20,000 nucleotides of DNA. It comes from an uncultured virus (IMG/VR IMGVR_UViG_3300010278_000172) (taxonomy: Duplodnaviria; Heunggongvirae; Uroviricota; Caudoviricetes). Made by a program: the position numbers and the translations under genes. The stretch lies in IMG/VR virus record IMGVR_UViG_3300010278_000172. One strand, given 5' to 3'. The notes under the pieces are model-generated. The model had not been told where the DNA came from and did no database searches. It saw only the letters and a list, made by a program, of their open reading frames with translations. Below are positions 1 to 7,805 of the stretch, piece after piece; within the stretch, counting starts at the first letter, position 1, and every line of letters starts with the position of its first letter.

Positions 1-1212
1 TACGGTGGCATTCGACGAAGCCCTAATAAATACAGTTATTACACATTGCATTGTACAGGCGATGATGGAACGGTTGTAAGACAGGGAGCTACAGTTGCGA
101 CAAATACAGCGCCACAAGCTAAACTGGCGGCTGTTTCAGAATTTGTTATAACGAGGGAATCTTTCAACAAGGTGTCAATAAGGGTATCAGCTCCTATTAC
201 AGGGGCTATATATTCTGTATCAATAAACGGTGTTCAGTACAGTTTTACAAGTGTGTCCGATGATGAATTATCAATCATTGAAGGCCTGAGTAAAGCTGTA
301 AATCCAGATGGATATAAGGTATCTGTGAATGAAAGCAATATTACATTGGATGTGATCAGTGAATCGGCATCAAGGAGTGGAATACTTGTGCTTTCTGACA
401 ATTTAACAACAGCAAGTGTTACAACACTTGCTGATTTTGCAACTATAGATTATGGAAAACTTATATTTCCTAACGGAACGATAACAATCATGATTACAAA
501 TATTAGTGGGTTCAATGCTGTTGAGAATTTGATTGCACCTACATACGGAAGGTTACAGGAAACGGATGTAGAACTTCGACATTCATATTTGGCAAAATCG
601 GCTATTCGCTCTACAAGGATGATAGACAGTATTTGTTCTCAGTTAATAAATAATGTTCCGAATGTAGAAAGTGCAACAGGATATGAGAACAATACGGATG
701 ATACAGACGAGGAAGGAAGACCTCCGCATAGCGTTGAAATAATAGTAGATGGCGGAGATGAAACAAGTATCGCAAGCATTATTCTGGATAAAAAAGCTGC
801 TGGTATTCAGACGTTTGGCTCTATTTCTGTTAATGTTGCAACAGAGTATGGAGATTCCATTCCTATAAGCTTCAATAGACCAGAATATATTTATGTCTGG
901 ATGAAAGTTACATTAGATGCAGATAAATCATATCTTCCTACAAATTATGCAAACTTGGCGATAAATTCAATTGTCAAAGATGCTTCCAAATTACAGGCAG
1001 GTGACAATATGTTGTCACAGACATTCAATGATGGGATTTATTCGGCAGTGGGCGGTGTAACTTATGTAGATATTAAATGTGCTGCCACAAAAGACAAAGA
1101 GCGTATTCCGACCAGCGATGAATACACAAAGGTAAATATAAATGTTGAAAGCAGACAGAAGATTGTGGTTGCAGATACGAGAATTGAGGTGGTGTATAGT
1201 GGACATTCTTGA
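1..1212 (+). CDS. Baseplate J/gp47-family protein, 5'-truncated by window
   Basis: Frame is open from base 1 (YGGIRRSPNKY...). Motifs GRLQETDVELR, ENNTDDTDEEGRPPHSVEIIVDGG and KAAGIQTFG are typical of baseplate J. Confidence 0.85.
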   Translation, partial: YGGIRRSPNKYSYYTLHCTGDDGTVVRQGATVATNTAPQAKLAAVSEFVITRESFNKVSIRVSAPITGAIYSVSINGVQYSFTSVSDDELSIIEGLSKAVNPDGYKVSVNESNITLDVISESASRSGILVLSDNLTTASVTTLADFATIDYGKLIFPNGTITIMITNISGFNAVENLIAPTYGRLQETDVELRHSYLAKSAIRSTRMIDSICSQLINNVPNVESATGYENNTDDTDEEGRPPHSVEIIVDGGDETSIASIILDKKAAGIQTFGSISVNVATEYGDSIPISFNRPEYIYVWMKVTLDADKSYLPTNYANLAINSIVKDASKLQAGDNMLSQTFNDGIYSAVGGVTYVDIKCAATKDKERIPTSDEYTKVNINVESRQKIVVADTRIEVVYSGHS

Positions 1213-2356
1213 TAAATGGTTGGATGATTTACCGCAACAGTTTCAAGGAAAGAAATACATAGAAGCCCTTATTTCGGTGTTCGCAAAGCAATTAGAGGAT
1301 TTATATAAGGTATTCAAACAGCTTGATACAGAGACAGATTTAGATAGTGCTGTTGGTATGAATTTGGATATGGTCGGAGATATTGTGACACTTACACGAA
1401 AAGAAGCTGGTGTTCTTGCAGGTATTGATGTTGAGGATCCTGTTATTAGCGATGAGAGGTACCGCCAGTTCTTAAAGTATCAGATGCTGGTTAATACAAA
1501 TGAATGTACCTACCATGACCTTATGGACGGATTGGCATTATTATGGGATGTATCTCCGATTTATTACAGAGAAGATCCAGCACTTCCTGCTGTGATTATC
1601 CTCACAATGCCATTTCTTACACCAGGCGGAAAAGTTGTAACATTGGGTGAAGTTCCGATGGTAAAGCCGGCAGGTGTCAGAATTGAATTTGAGTATTATA
1701 TCAAGGCTATCGTTGAGGTAGCCTTTAATTTTTGGATATCATCCTATGACGTACCGAGATGCAACACTATTGTTTGCGGCACACACCCAAAGAGAGCAAC
1801 ACTTGGAACTATTATTGAAGTTCGCTGTGAACAGGATGTGAATGCTTTGATAGCAGCTTTTGAATCAAGCAAAACAGGTACAATTCGGATAGGCGGAACT
1901 GCATATAATGCGACACTTGGACAATTGCTTAAAAAGGATATAGAAATTGAGATTGACAGCAACCTACAAATCGTAGACTTTCTGCAGTCTGGACAAAGTG
2001 TGGCAGGATTGAAGCCAAATAAGGCAAAGAAGGGAATGATAATTCCGAAAGATATTCTTATCGATGGAAGCACATATTTACAGAAATACAACATGCCAGC
2101 TTCTGGCCGTCAAACATCTGGCGGTGGAGTGCTGGCTGATTCTTTATCCGTGGATGTTCAGAGCGGCATACAAGCTGAGAAAAATATAATGCTTGGAACA
2201 TCAACCGAGATATATGCCTCGCCAGAGCACAAAGCTGGTAAAGCATATAAAACGCTTGCTGTTTCATCATCAGAAACAGAGGCAGATGTAAATGTATTCA
2301 TTGCTTCGGCTACCATCAGACGATGTGGAACCAGAAGCTGTGGAAATAAAGAATAG
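1199..2356 (+). CDS. DUF2612-like baseplate wedge protein with a repetitive C-terminal extension
   Basis: Likely GTG start at 1199 after GAGGTG RBS, overlapping the baseplate J stop. LDSAVGMNLDMVGDIV and DERYRQFLK resemble DUF2612; position follows baseplate J. Confidence 0.7.
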   Translation: MDILDKWLDDLPQQFQGKKYIEALISVFAKQLEDLYKVFKQLDTETDLDSAVGMNLDMVGDIVTLTRKEAGVLAGIDVEDPVISDERYRQFLKYQMLVNTNECTYHDLMDGLALLWDVSPIYYREDPALPAVIILTMPFLTPGGKVVTLGEVPMVKPAGVRIEFEYYIKAIVEVAFNFWISSYDVPRCNTIVCGTHPKRATLGTIIEVRCEQDVNALIAAFESSKTGTIRIGGTAYNATLGQLLKKDIEIEIDSNLQIVDFLQSGQSVAGLKPNKAKKGMIIPKDILIDGSTYLQKYNMPASGRQTSGGGVLADSLSVDVQSGIQAEKNIMLGTSTEIYASPEHKAGKAYKTLAVSSSETEADVNVFIASATIRRCGTRSCGNKE

Positions 2357-2367
2357 GAGGTAGCAAG

Positions 2368-2682
2368 ATGGGATTCTGGGAAAAAGATTTTCTCGACAGA
2401 AGACGGCAGGAATGGATGAGCTCTATTCATAAATTCCAGTACCAAGTAAATGGAAATTGGTATGATGCCAAAATCAATAGTAAGAAAATCACAGGCAACA
2501 AGATTGTTTTTATTGTAAGTTTGCTCACCACTCCCAAGACAGCCCACACAATTACCGGAATTCGCCTTTGGGACATTACCGGTCGCATTTGTGGAGGACT
2601 GGAAGTTGCCGTTAAAAGGACGGCAAATCAGGGTGTGTTAGCTAAATTTGAATTTCCAATTTACGAGAAAGGAGATGAATAG
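2368..2682 (+). CDS. Hypothetical phage tail-module protein (104 aa)
   Basis: Strong AGGAGG RBS; lies in the tail operon. Confidence 0.7.
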   Translation: MGFWEKDFLDRRRQEWMSSIHKFQYQVNGNWYDAKINSKKITGNKIVFIVSLLTTPKTAHTITGIRLWDITGRICGGLEVAVKRTANQGVLAKFEFPIYEKGDE

Positions 2683-2684
2683 GG

Positions 2685-3167
2685 ATGAATGTATTACCAG
2701 AATATTTGGAAGGCAACAGAACTGGCTCATACACACCAGAACAGTGGCTTGACGAAGTAAAGGACAAAAATTCGGACGAGATTATCCAGGAGGGAACTCC
2801 AATGGATGCCGAACACTTCAATCACATGGAGCAGGGCATTCATAACAACTCACTTATGTTGGCTCTTTTGTTAGAGAATGTAAAGCATACTCAGCAAAGC
2901 GTAGAGTCTGTTGATGGTGAGGAACTTGAAGTTACATTGACCAACACAAAGGATTTCTATTTTAATAATTCTGTTAAGACTGTGGCGCTTGCGAATATGC
3001 GTAGCACATTGGATTACAGGGTTATCACAGAAGTACAAGGCAATCCTGTAAATGTTGGCGATGTGGTTGTCTATGATAAGCAGGTGAATGGCTTTAAGAT
3101 TGCTTTTACAGGCAGTGCTAAAAGCGTGACTGTTCGTTGCTTTGTACAGGGAGGAGGTACGGTGTAG
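2685..3167 (+). CDS. Phage tail fibre/collar-like protein (160 aa)
   Basis: GGAG RBS; N-terminal IIQEGTPMDAEHFNHMEQGI resembles tail-fibre anchor segments; operon context. Confidence 0.6.
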   Translation: MNVLPEYLEGNRTGSYTPEQWLDEVKDKNSDEIIQEGTPMDAEHFNHMEQGIHNNSLMLALLLENVKHTQQSVESVDGEELEVTLTNTKDFYFNNSVKTVALANMRSTLDYRVITEVQGNPVNVGDVVVYDKQVNGFKIAFTGSAKSVTVRCFVQGGGTV

Positions 3168-3337
3168 TGGCAAATATCATTATTCATAGTGACGAAAGAA
3201 AAGCTGAAACAAACAGAACCCTTCGTGATTATGGTATCAATCCGGAACATGCAACCAAAGCACAAAGAGATATGGCAGATTGCGTAGCCCAGAAGACAGG
3301 CGAAGCCTGCAGAGAATTAAGGAGGTATGACAGATGA
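3167..3337 (+). CDS. Small hypothetical protein (56 aa, MANIIIHSDERKAE...)
   Basis: GTG at 3167 overlaps the upstream TAG, with GGAGG RBS; its stop overlaps the next ATG (ATGA). Confidence 0.65.
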   Translation: MANIIIHSDERKAETNRTLRDYGINPEHATKAQRDMADCVAQKTGEACRELRRYDR

Positions 3338-3678
3338 AAGTCGTAGAGGTAAATGTTGGAAAGAAAATTGAGTACAGTGTATCGAAAAATAAGATTACAT
3401 TTGCTGATGAATTGATGCTCAATTGCGAAAAGTTGGAGAGAGATAATGATGAATGTGTTGACATTTGCATTGCAAAGAATGGGATGATTACTTCTGGCCA
3501 GCTTGGTGAAAAGTATGCAGCACAAATTGAGATTCCGGCAAGGCAGTATGTTGAAAAGGAAGTTCCTAATCCAGATTATGATCCTGAGGTAGAAAACAGC
3601 AGCGAAACAATTATGGAAAGAACCCCTGTTCCGTTCAATATGGCAAATGTTACGCTCAAATTATATGCAATCGAATAA
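3334..3678 (+). CDS. Hypothetical tail-associated protein (114 aa), directly upstream of the DGR target
   Basis: AAGGAGG RBS; ATGA overlap with the previous gene. Confidence 0.75.
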   Translation: MKVVEVNVGKKIEYSVSKNKITFADELMLNCEKLERDNDECVDICIAKNGMITSGQLGEKYAAQIEIPARQYVEKEVPNPDYDPEVENSSETIMERTPVPFNMANVTLKLYAIE

Positions 3679-3689
3679 GGAGGACTATT

Positions 3690-4742
3690 ATGGGAAATTA
3701 TGATCAGATGGCAGCTGCGGTAAGCGAGCTGTCAGGCGGAAAAAATGTGGTATTACTGGATGACATCGGAATGCCATCAATTTATGTAAGAATTCCAAAA
3801 GGAAAAAATTCAGAGCTTGTAAGCGGCCTTAGCGATAATGTTCATTATGCGTTTAATGTGGACAGTGTCGAGAAGACCGCTTTTTATTATTCCAAGTATC
3901 AGAATATTATTGTAAATGAAAGGGCATATTCTCTCGGACACAGAGATCCTGCAAATTCCATAAATTGGGATGCTGCAAGAAAGGCTTGCGAAAATAAAGG
4001 AGCGGGCTTCCACCTTGCAACAATGGCAGAGTGGGCTTATATTGCTCTCTGGTGCCGCAAGAATGGCACTATGCCGCATGGAAACAATAATTACGGAAAA
4101 GATTCGGCTTATACACATGAACACGGCGAGGAATCTTCAAAGGATAGCGGAAAAACTGGAAGATGTTTTACCGGTTCTGGACCTGTAACATGGAACCATA
4201 ACCATCACGGAGATGGCATTTGTGACTTAAACGGAAATGTATGGGAGTGGAATGCAGGCATGCGTCTTGTTGATGGAGAAATCCAGATCATTCCATACAA
4301 TAATGCAGCAATGGGTAGCAAATGTGATATGTCGGCATCCTCTACTCTCTGGAAAGCAATTAAGGCGGATGGCTCGCTTGTAGAACCTGGAACGGCCGGA
4401 ACATTAAAGTGGGATTGGGTATCAGGCAAAATTCAGCTTACTTCTGGTGCGATTACATATAAGACTGATAGCGGTGTCGGTGGACAGTATAAAGATATGA
4501 CACTTGCAAGCGGGCTTACTGCTCCAGAAATTGCAAAGATGTTATTGCTCTACCCAGACGAACCAAACGGAGATTACGCAGGTGATTATCATTGGTTCGA
4601 CCCTGTTGGCGAGCGTTTGCCGCTTTGCGGGGGCGGCTGGAACTCTGGTGCCATCGCTGGTGTCTTCCGCTTGTACCTCGACACTCCCCGCTCCTATGCG
4701 AGCTGGTACGTCGGTTTCCGCTCCGCTTTTGTTGATCTGTAA
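3690..4742 (+). CDS. DGR target protein, FGE-sulfatase/C-type-lectin fold; probable receptor-binding (Mtd-like) protein
   Basis: Motifs INWDAARKAC, HLATMAEWAY, GICDLNGNVWEW and C-terminal GFRSA; the VR encodes 38 residues just before the C-terminus; AAGGAGG RBS. Confidence 0.92.
   Translation: MGNYDQMAAAVSELSGGKNVVLLDDIGMPSIYVRIPKGKNSELVSGLSDNVHYAFNVDSVEKTAFYYSKYQNIIVNERAYSLGHRDPANSINWDAARKACENKGAGFHLATMAEWAYIALWCRKNGTMPHGNNNYGKDSAYTHEHGEESSKDSGKTGRCFTGSGPVTWNHNHHGDGICDLNGNVWEWNAGMRLVDGEIQIIPYNNAAMGSKCDMSASSTLWKAIKADGSLVEPGTAGTLKWDWVSGKIQLTSGAITYKTDSGVGGQYKDMTLASGLTAPEIAKMLLLYPDEPNGDYAGDYHWFDPVGERLPLCGGGWNSGAIAGVFRLYLDTPRSYASWYVGFRSAFVDL
4613..4727 (+). repeat. DGR variable repeat (VR), 115 bp
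   Basis: Aligns without gaps to 5244-5358 with 100/115 identity; all 15 mismatches are at TR adenines. Confidence 0.97.
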
Positions 4743-4764
4743 TCTGTTGCACTGTAATCTGACT

Positions 4765-4784
4765 GAGGCTGCGATAGCAGCCTC
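4765..4784. other. DGR target-recognition hairpin/cruciform GAGGCTGC-GATA-GCAGCCTC (may also act as a terminator)
   Basis: Perfect 8-bp stem with a 4-nt GRNA-type loop starting 38 bp after the VR; T-rich tail follows. Confidence 0.85.
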
Positions 4785-4806
4785 TTATTTTATTTTTTAC
4801 CTTGCA

Positions 4807-4866
4807 ATAACGAAATACGATATAAAATAACAAATAAATCCGAAGCAGAACTATGTGTGGTAGAAT
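4807..4866 (+). promoter_or_regulatory. Putative promoter of avd-TR-RT: operator-like motif (4807-4834) plus extended -10 TGTGgTAGAAT (4856-4866)
   Basis: TRTGnTAnnnT extended -10; the motif is shared with 9655-9682. Confidence 0.6.
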
Positions 4867-4894
4867 GGAAAAAAATATGGTATAGAGGGACTTT

Positions 4895-5230
4895 ATGGAG
4901 GAATTAAAGATATTACAAAAGACCTTCGATATGATGAACTATGCTTATCCTGCATTGGCACAATATCCAAAGGGCGAGAAATTCGCCCTTGTTGTGGATA
5001 TAAAGAGGTGCATGGATGTTATGTTGGAGAGGATTATCGAGGCCAACAAAAAGTATTATAAGAAAACTACACTACAGGAATTAGATGTAGAAGTGGAAAA
5101 GTTAAAGGCATATGTCCGATTGTCATATAACTTAGGTTTTTTACCTCCGAAAAAATATGAACAATGGTCCGGTCTGGTAGTTGAAATTGGCAGAATGGTA
5201 GGAGGCTGGATAAAGAGTGTAAGCAAGTAG
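4895..5230 (+). CDS. avd: DGR accessory variability determinant (Avd), four-helix bundle
   Basis: 111 aa with QYPKGEKFAL, LQELDVEVEKLKAYVRLS and EIGRMVGGWIK; lies directly upstream of the TR. Confidence 0.93.
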   Translation: MEELKILQKTFDMMNYAYPALAQYPKGEKFALVVDIKRCMDVMLERIIEANKKYYKKTTLQELDVEVEKLKAYVRLSYNLGFLPPKKYEQWSGLVVEIGRMVGGWIKSVSK

Positions 5231-5243
5231 GGTACGGAATACT

Positions 5244-5358
5244 GCGTTTGCCGATTTGCGGGGGCAACTGGAACAATGGTGCCAACGCTGGTGTCTTCAA
5301 CTTGAACCTCAACAATCCCCGCTCCAATGCGAACTGGAACATCGGTTTCCGCTCCGCT
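5244..5358 (+). ncRNA. DGR template repeat (TR), part of the DGR RNA
   Basis: Non-coding copy of the VR with 11 AAY and 2 ATY codons in the VR frame (24 adenines); between avd and RT. Confidence 0.95.
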
Positions 5359-5512
5359 CTGCCTTCAAGTCAGATGCTGCAGACCTAATGGGTGTGCAGT
5401 CAGTACAGAGGTGTAAAGGATTCCGTCTCCTTTGCTCTCGCAAAAAAATGTAATGGGCATGAATGCCGGTAGTAGTATAAGCGAATCCCGCAATGCTCTG
5501 AAATGAGATAAT

Positions 5513-6619
5513 ATGTCCATTAAAAATGTGTATGCTCAAATCGTATCTTTTGATAATTTGCTACAGGCTGAGAAAGATGCCCGAGCAGGAAAAAGATATG
5601 AAAATGAGCAGCTTGCATTCTGGGGGAACCTGGAAGACAATATACATTCGATATCCGAAAAACTTAAATGCCATAATTATCCGCCAGACATATACCATCA
5701 TTTTTATGTGTATGAGCCAAAATTGCGAAAAGTAATATTTTCTGATTACACAACAAAGGTAATTCAAAGGGCAGCATACAATGTACTCAATCCTATAGTT
5801 TGTAAAGGGATGATTAGTGATACCTATTCCTGCATAGAAGATAGAGGACAACTTAAATCTATGCAGAGATTAGCAGGGTGGGTTGATTTTGTAGAGAAAA
5901 GCGGTGAACGTTGGTACTATCTGAAAATGGATGTGGAGAAATTCTTCTATCGAATGGATCATGAGGTGCTTATGAGCATAATCCAGAAAAAGATAGGGGA
6001 CAAGGAAGCGGTTAGATTCCTTGAACATTATGTGTGCCATGCTTCCAGAGCATTTGGACTTCCGCTTGGAGTAAAGTCACCACTGGAAATATCGGATAAA
6101 GAAATGCTGTGGGATGTAGGGATTGCCATAGGTGGCGGATTGTCACACATGTATGGCAATATGTATTTAAACCCTATGGACCAAATGGCAAAGAGAAAAG
6201 AGGGCATACAGTATTATATTCGTTATATGGATGATGTGATTATTCTATCGACGGACAAGGAGCTGTTACACAGGTACAAGAATATGTTTTCTGATTTTTT
6301 AGGCGATGTTCTGAAACTTCGATTAAATAATAAAACAGCAATTCGACCTGTCTCACATGGCATGGAGTTTGTTGGTTATACTATTCGCCCTTTTGATGTT
6401 CGATTGAGAAAAAGCACAAGCCTTAGAATGAAAAGGCATTTGAAAACAATACAGGAGCTTTATCGTGATTATGAGATAGACCTTGATAGAGCCCACTCCA
6501 CTCTTATGAGTTATAAGGCCTTGATGGACCATTGCGACTGCAGGGCTTTGGAAAAGAAAATATTTGAGGATTTTGTTCTTACGCACAATCCGAAGGAGGC
6601 TGATACAGACAATGGATGA
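5513..6619 (+). CDS. DGR reverse transcriptase (368 aa)
   Basis: VYEPKLRKV, YYLKMDVEKFF, GIAIGGGLSH, YIRYMDD and GMEFVGY motifs; no maturase or endonuclease extension. Confidence 0.95.
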   Translation: MSIKNVYAQIVSFDNLLQAEKDARAGKRYENEQLAFWGNLEDNIHSISEKLKCHNYPPDIYHHFYVYEPKLRKVIFSDYTTKVIQRAAYNVLNPIVCKGMISDTYSCIEDRGQLKSMQRLAGWVDFVEKSGERWYYLKMDVEKFFYRMDHEVLMSIIQKKIGDKEAVRFLEHYVCHASRAFGLPLGVKSPLEISDKEMLWDVGIAIGGGLSHMYGNMYLNPMDQMAKRKEGIQYYIRYMDDVIILSTDKELLHRYKNMFSDFLGDVLKLRLNNKTAIRPVSHGMEFVGYTIRPFDVRLRKSTSLRMKRHLKTIQELYRDYEIDLDRAHSTLMSYKALMDHCDCRALEKKIFEDFVLTHNPKEADTDNG

Positions 6620-6839
6620 AGACAATATGTTGGAACTGCTCGAACTTTATATGGATATGGTTGAAAAACAGGATGAAATCATATACCGCCTTGGAAAAAT
6701 CGTAGCCAGACAGGCAACGGATATTCAACTGTTGAAAAATGACAGGGAATTTTCGGACGATAAACTGACGGAGGATACAGCAATTGTAGATGAAGTTATC
6801 GGGCAGTATAACGATATGAAAAGCGAATTAGAGCCGTAA
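6612..6839 (+). CDS. Small acidic, coiled-coil-like protein (75 aa, MDEDNMLELLELY...) coupled to the RT
   Basis: AAGGAGG RBS at 6593-6599; ATG 6612 overlaps the RT 3' end. Confidence 0.7.
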   Translation: MDEDNMLELLELYMDMVEKQDEIIYRLGKIVARQATDIQLLKNDREFSDDKLTEDTAIVDEVIGQYNDMKSELEP

Positions 6840-6851
6840 GGCTCTTTTTTT
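6830..6851 (+). terminator. Rho-independent terminator closing the DGR operon
   Basis: AGAGCC-GTAA-GGCTCT followed by a T run. Confidence 0.75.
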
Positions 6852-6879
6852 ATGCCCTTTGGAAGGAGGTGAGAGAACA

Positions 6880-7188
6880 ATGGAGGATCCAATTACAAGA
6901 GCTGAGTATGAAGAATACCAAAAGCGAATGGAGCAGGAAGACCACAGGCAGAACCGACGGATTGAACAGTTGGAGGAAAATACCAAGCAGATCAACGCTC
7001 TTACGGTATCAATAGAAAAACTGGCACAGAGTGTTGAAAGCATGGTCAGGGAGCAGGAGGCACAGGGGAAACGTCTCGTGTCTTTGGAAAGCAAAGACGG
7101 AGAAATGTGGAGAAAAGTCGTTGGTTATGTAATAACTGCGGTAATAGGAATTGTCCTAGGATTTGCATTTACGCAAATTGGAATGTAA
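6880..7188 (+). CDS. Coiled-coil protein with a C-terminal TM helix (XhlA-like lysis-associated protein)
   Basis: AGGAGGTG RBS before ATG 6880; heptad-rich body and hydrophobic tail; first gene of the lysis cassette. Confidence 0.65.
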   Translation: MEDPITRAEYEEYQKRMEQEDHRQNRRIEQLEENTKQINALTVSIEKLAQSVESMVREQEAQGKRLVSLESKDGEMWRKVVGYVITAVIGIVLGFAFTQIGM

Positions 7189-7221
7189 CTTTAGTTGAGA
7201 TTATTTATAGGAGGAATCATC

Positions 7222-7548
7222 ATGAACATGGAATTTATTATTGCTAATGCGTCACAGTTACTTGTTGTAGTTGCGGTTATCTGTACACTGATTTCTGTAA
7301 TTACAGAGTTCACAAAAGAGATTGGGATTCTTAACAGAATTCCTACATCTTTGCAGGTCTTAATCCTGTCAATTATAATTTGCGTCACAGCCTTTTTTGC
7401 ATATATTTCATATGCGAAAATCACCTTCGTGTGGTATTACCTCGTGGCTGTAATTTTTGCTTCATTCATTGTTGCTATTGTTTGCTGCAAAGGTTGGGAA
7501 TATCTGATTACTATTTGGAAAAGGTTCTATAAGCCGGAGGATAAATGA
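7222..7548 (+). CDS. Putative holin (about 3 TM helices)
   Basis: AGGAGG RBS before ATG 7222; three hydrophobic stretches and a charged C-terminus; upstream of the endolysin. Confidence 0.7.
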   Translation: MNMEFIIANASQLLVVVAVICTLISVITEFTKEIGILNRIPTSLQVLILSIIICVTAFFAYISYAKITFVWYYLVAVIFASFIVAIVCCKGWEYLITIWKRFYKPEDK

Positions 7549-7796
7549 GAACGGTGATTATGGTCTACATAATCATTGCAATTTTAGGATTCACAGCAGG
7601 AGTGATTTTGCTTTGCAGGGCAATGTATAAATCTATATCCAAAAGACACACAGAGAATACACCGGGGATAGTAATATTCCCGGTATTTCTTGTGTTAACA
7701 TCAATAGCATGGCCGCTGTGTCTAATTGCACTTTGTGTACTGACCATAAAAGAATTGGATAATGAACAAAATAACTATGATCAAAGAGATTTGTAG
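7545..7796 (+). CDS. Small two-TM membrane protein in the lysis cassette
   Basis: ATGA overlap with the holin; two hydrophobic segments. Confidence 0.55.
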   Translation: MRTVIMVYIIIAILGFTAGVILLCRAMYKSISKRHTENTPGIVIFPVFLVLTSIAWPLCLIALCVLTIKELDNEQNNYDQRDL

Positions 7797-7805
7797 GAGG
7801 AACAC

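Larger units (their letters stand above)
3690..6851 (+). mobile_element. Diversity-generating retroelement cassette (target/VR, hairpin, avd, TR, RT, small ORF, terminator)
   Basis: TR/VR pair differing only at TR adenines, plus Avd-like gene, YMDD RT and GATA-loop hairpin. Confidence 0.97.

Noticed and set aside
4802..4828. TTGCAA...TAAAAT as the avd promoter
   Set aside because: The spacer is only 15 bp; the extended -10 at 4856-4866 fits better and matches the spacing seen at the XRE gene.
4504..4833. Alternative-frame and antisense ORFs across the VR
   Set aside because: By-products of the A-poor, GC-rich VR having few stop codons; they overlap the real target gene.
5256..5453. 65-aa ORF (and antisense ORFs 5067-5342, 5309-5539) over the TR/spacer
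   Set aside because: No convincing RBS and out of frame with the VR-equivalent frame; the region is better explained as DGR RNA.
5513..6619. RT as a group II intron, retron or Abi defence RT
   Set aside because: No maturase/endonuclease domain; the adjacent avd and the adenine-specific TR/VR pair identify it as a DGR RT.
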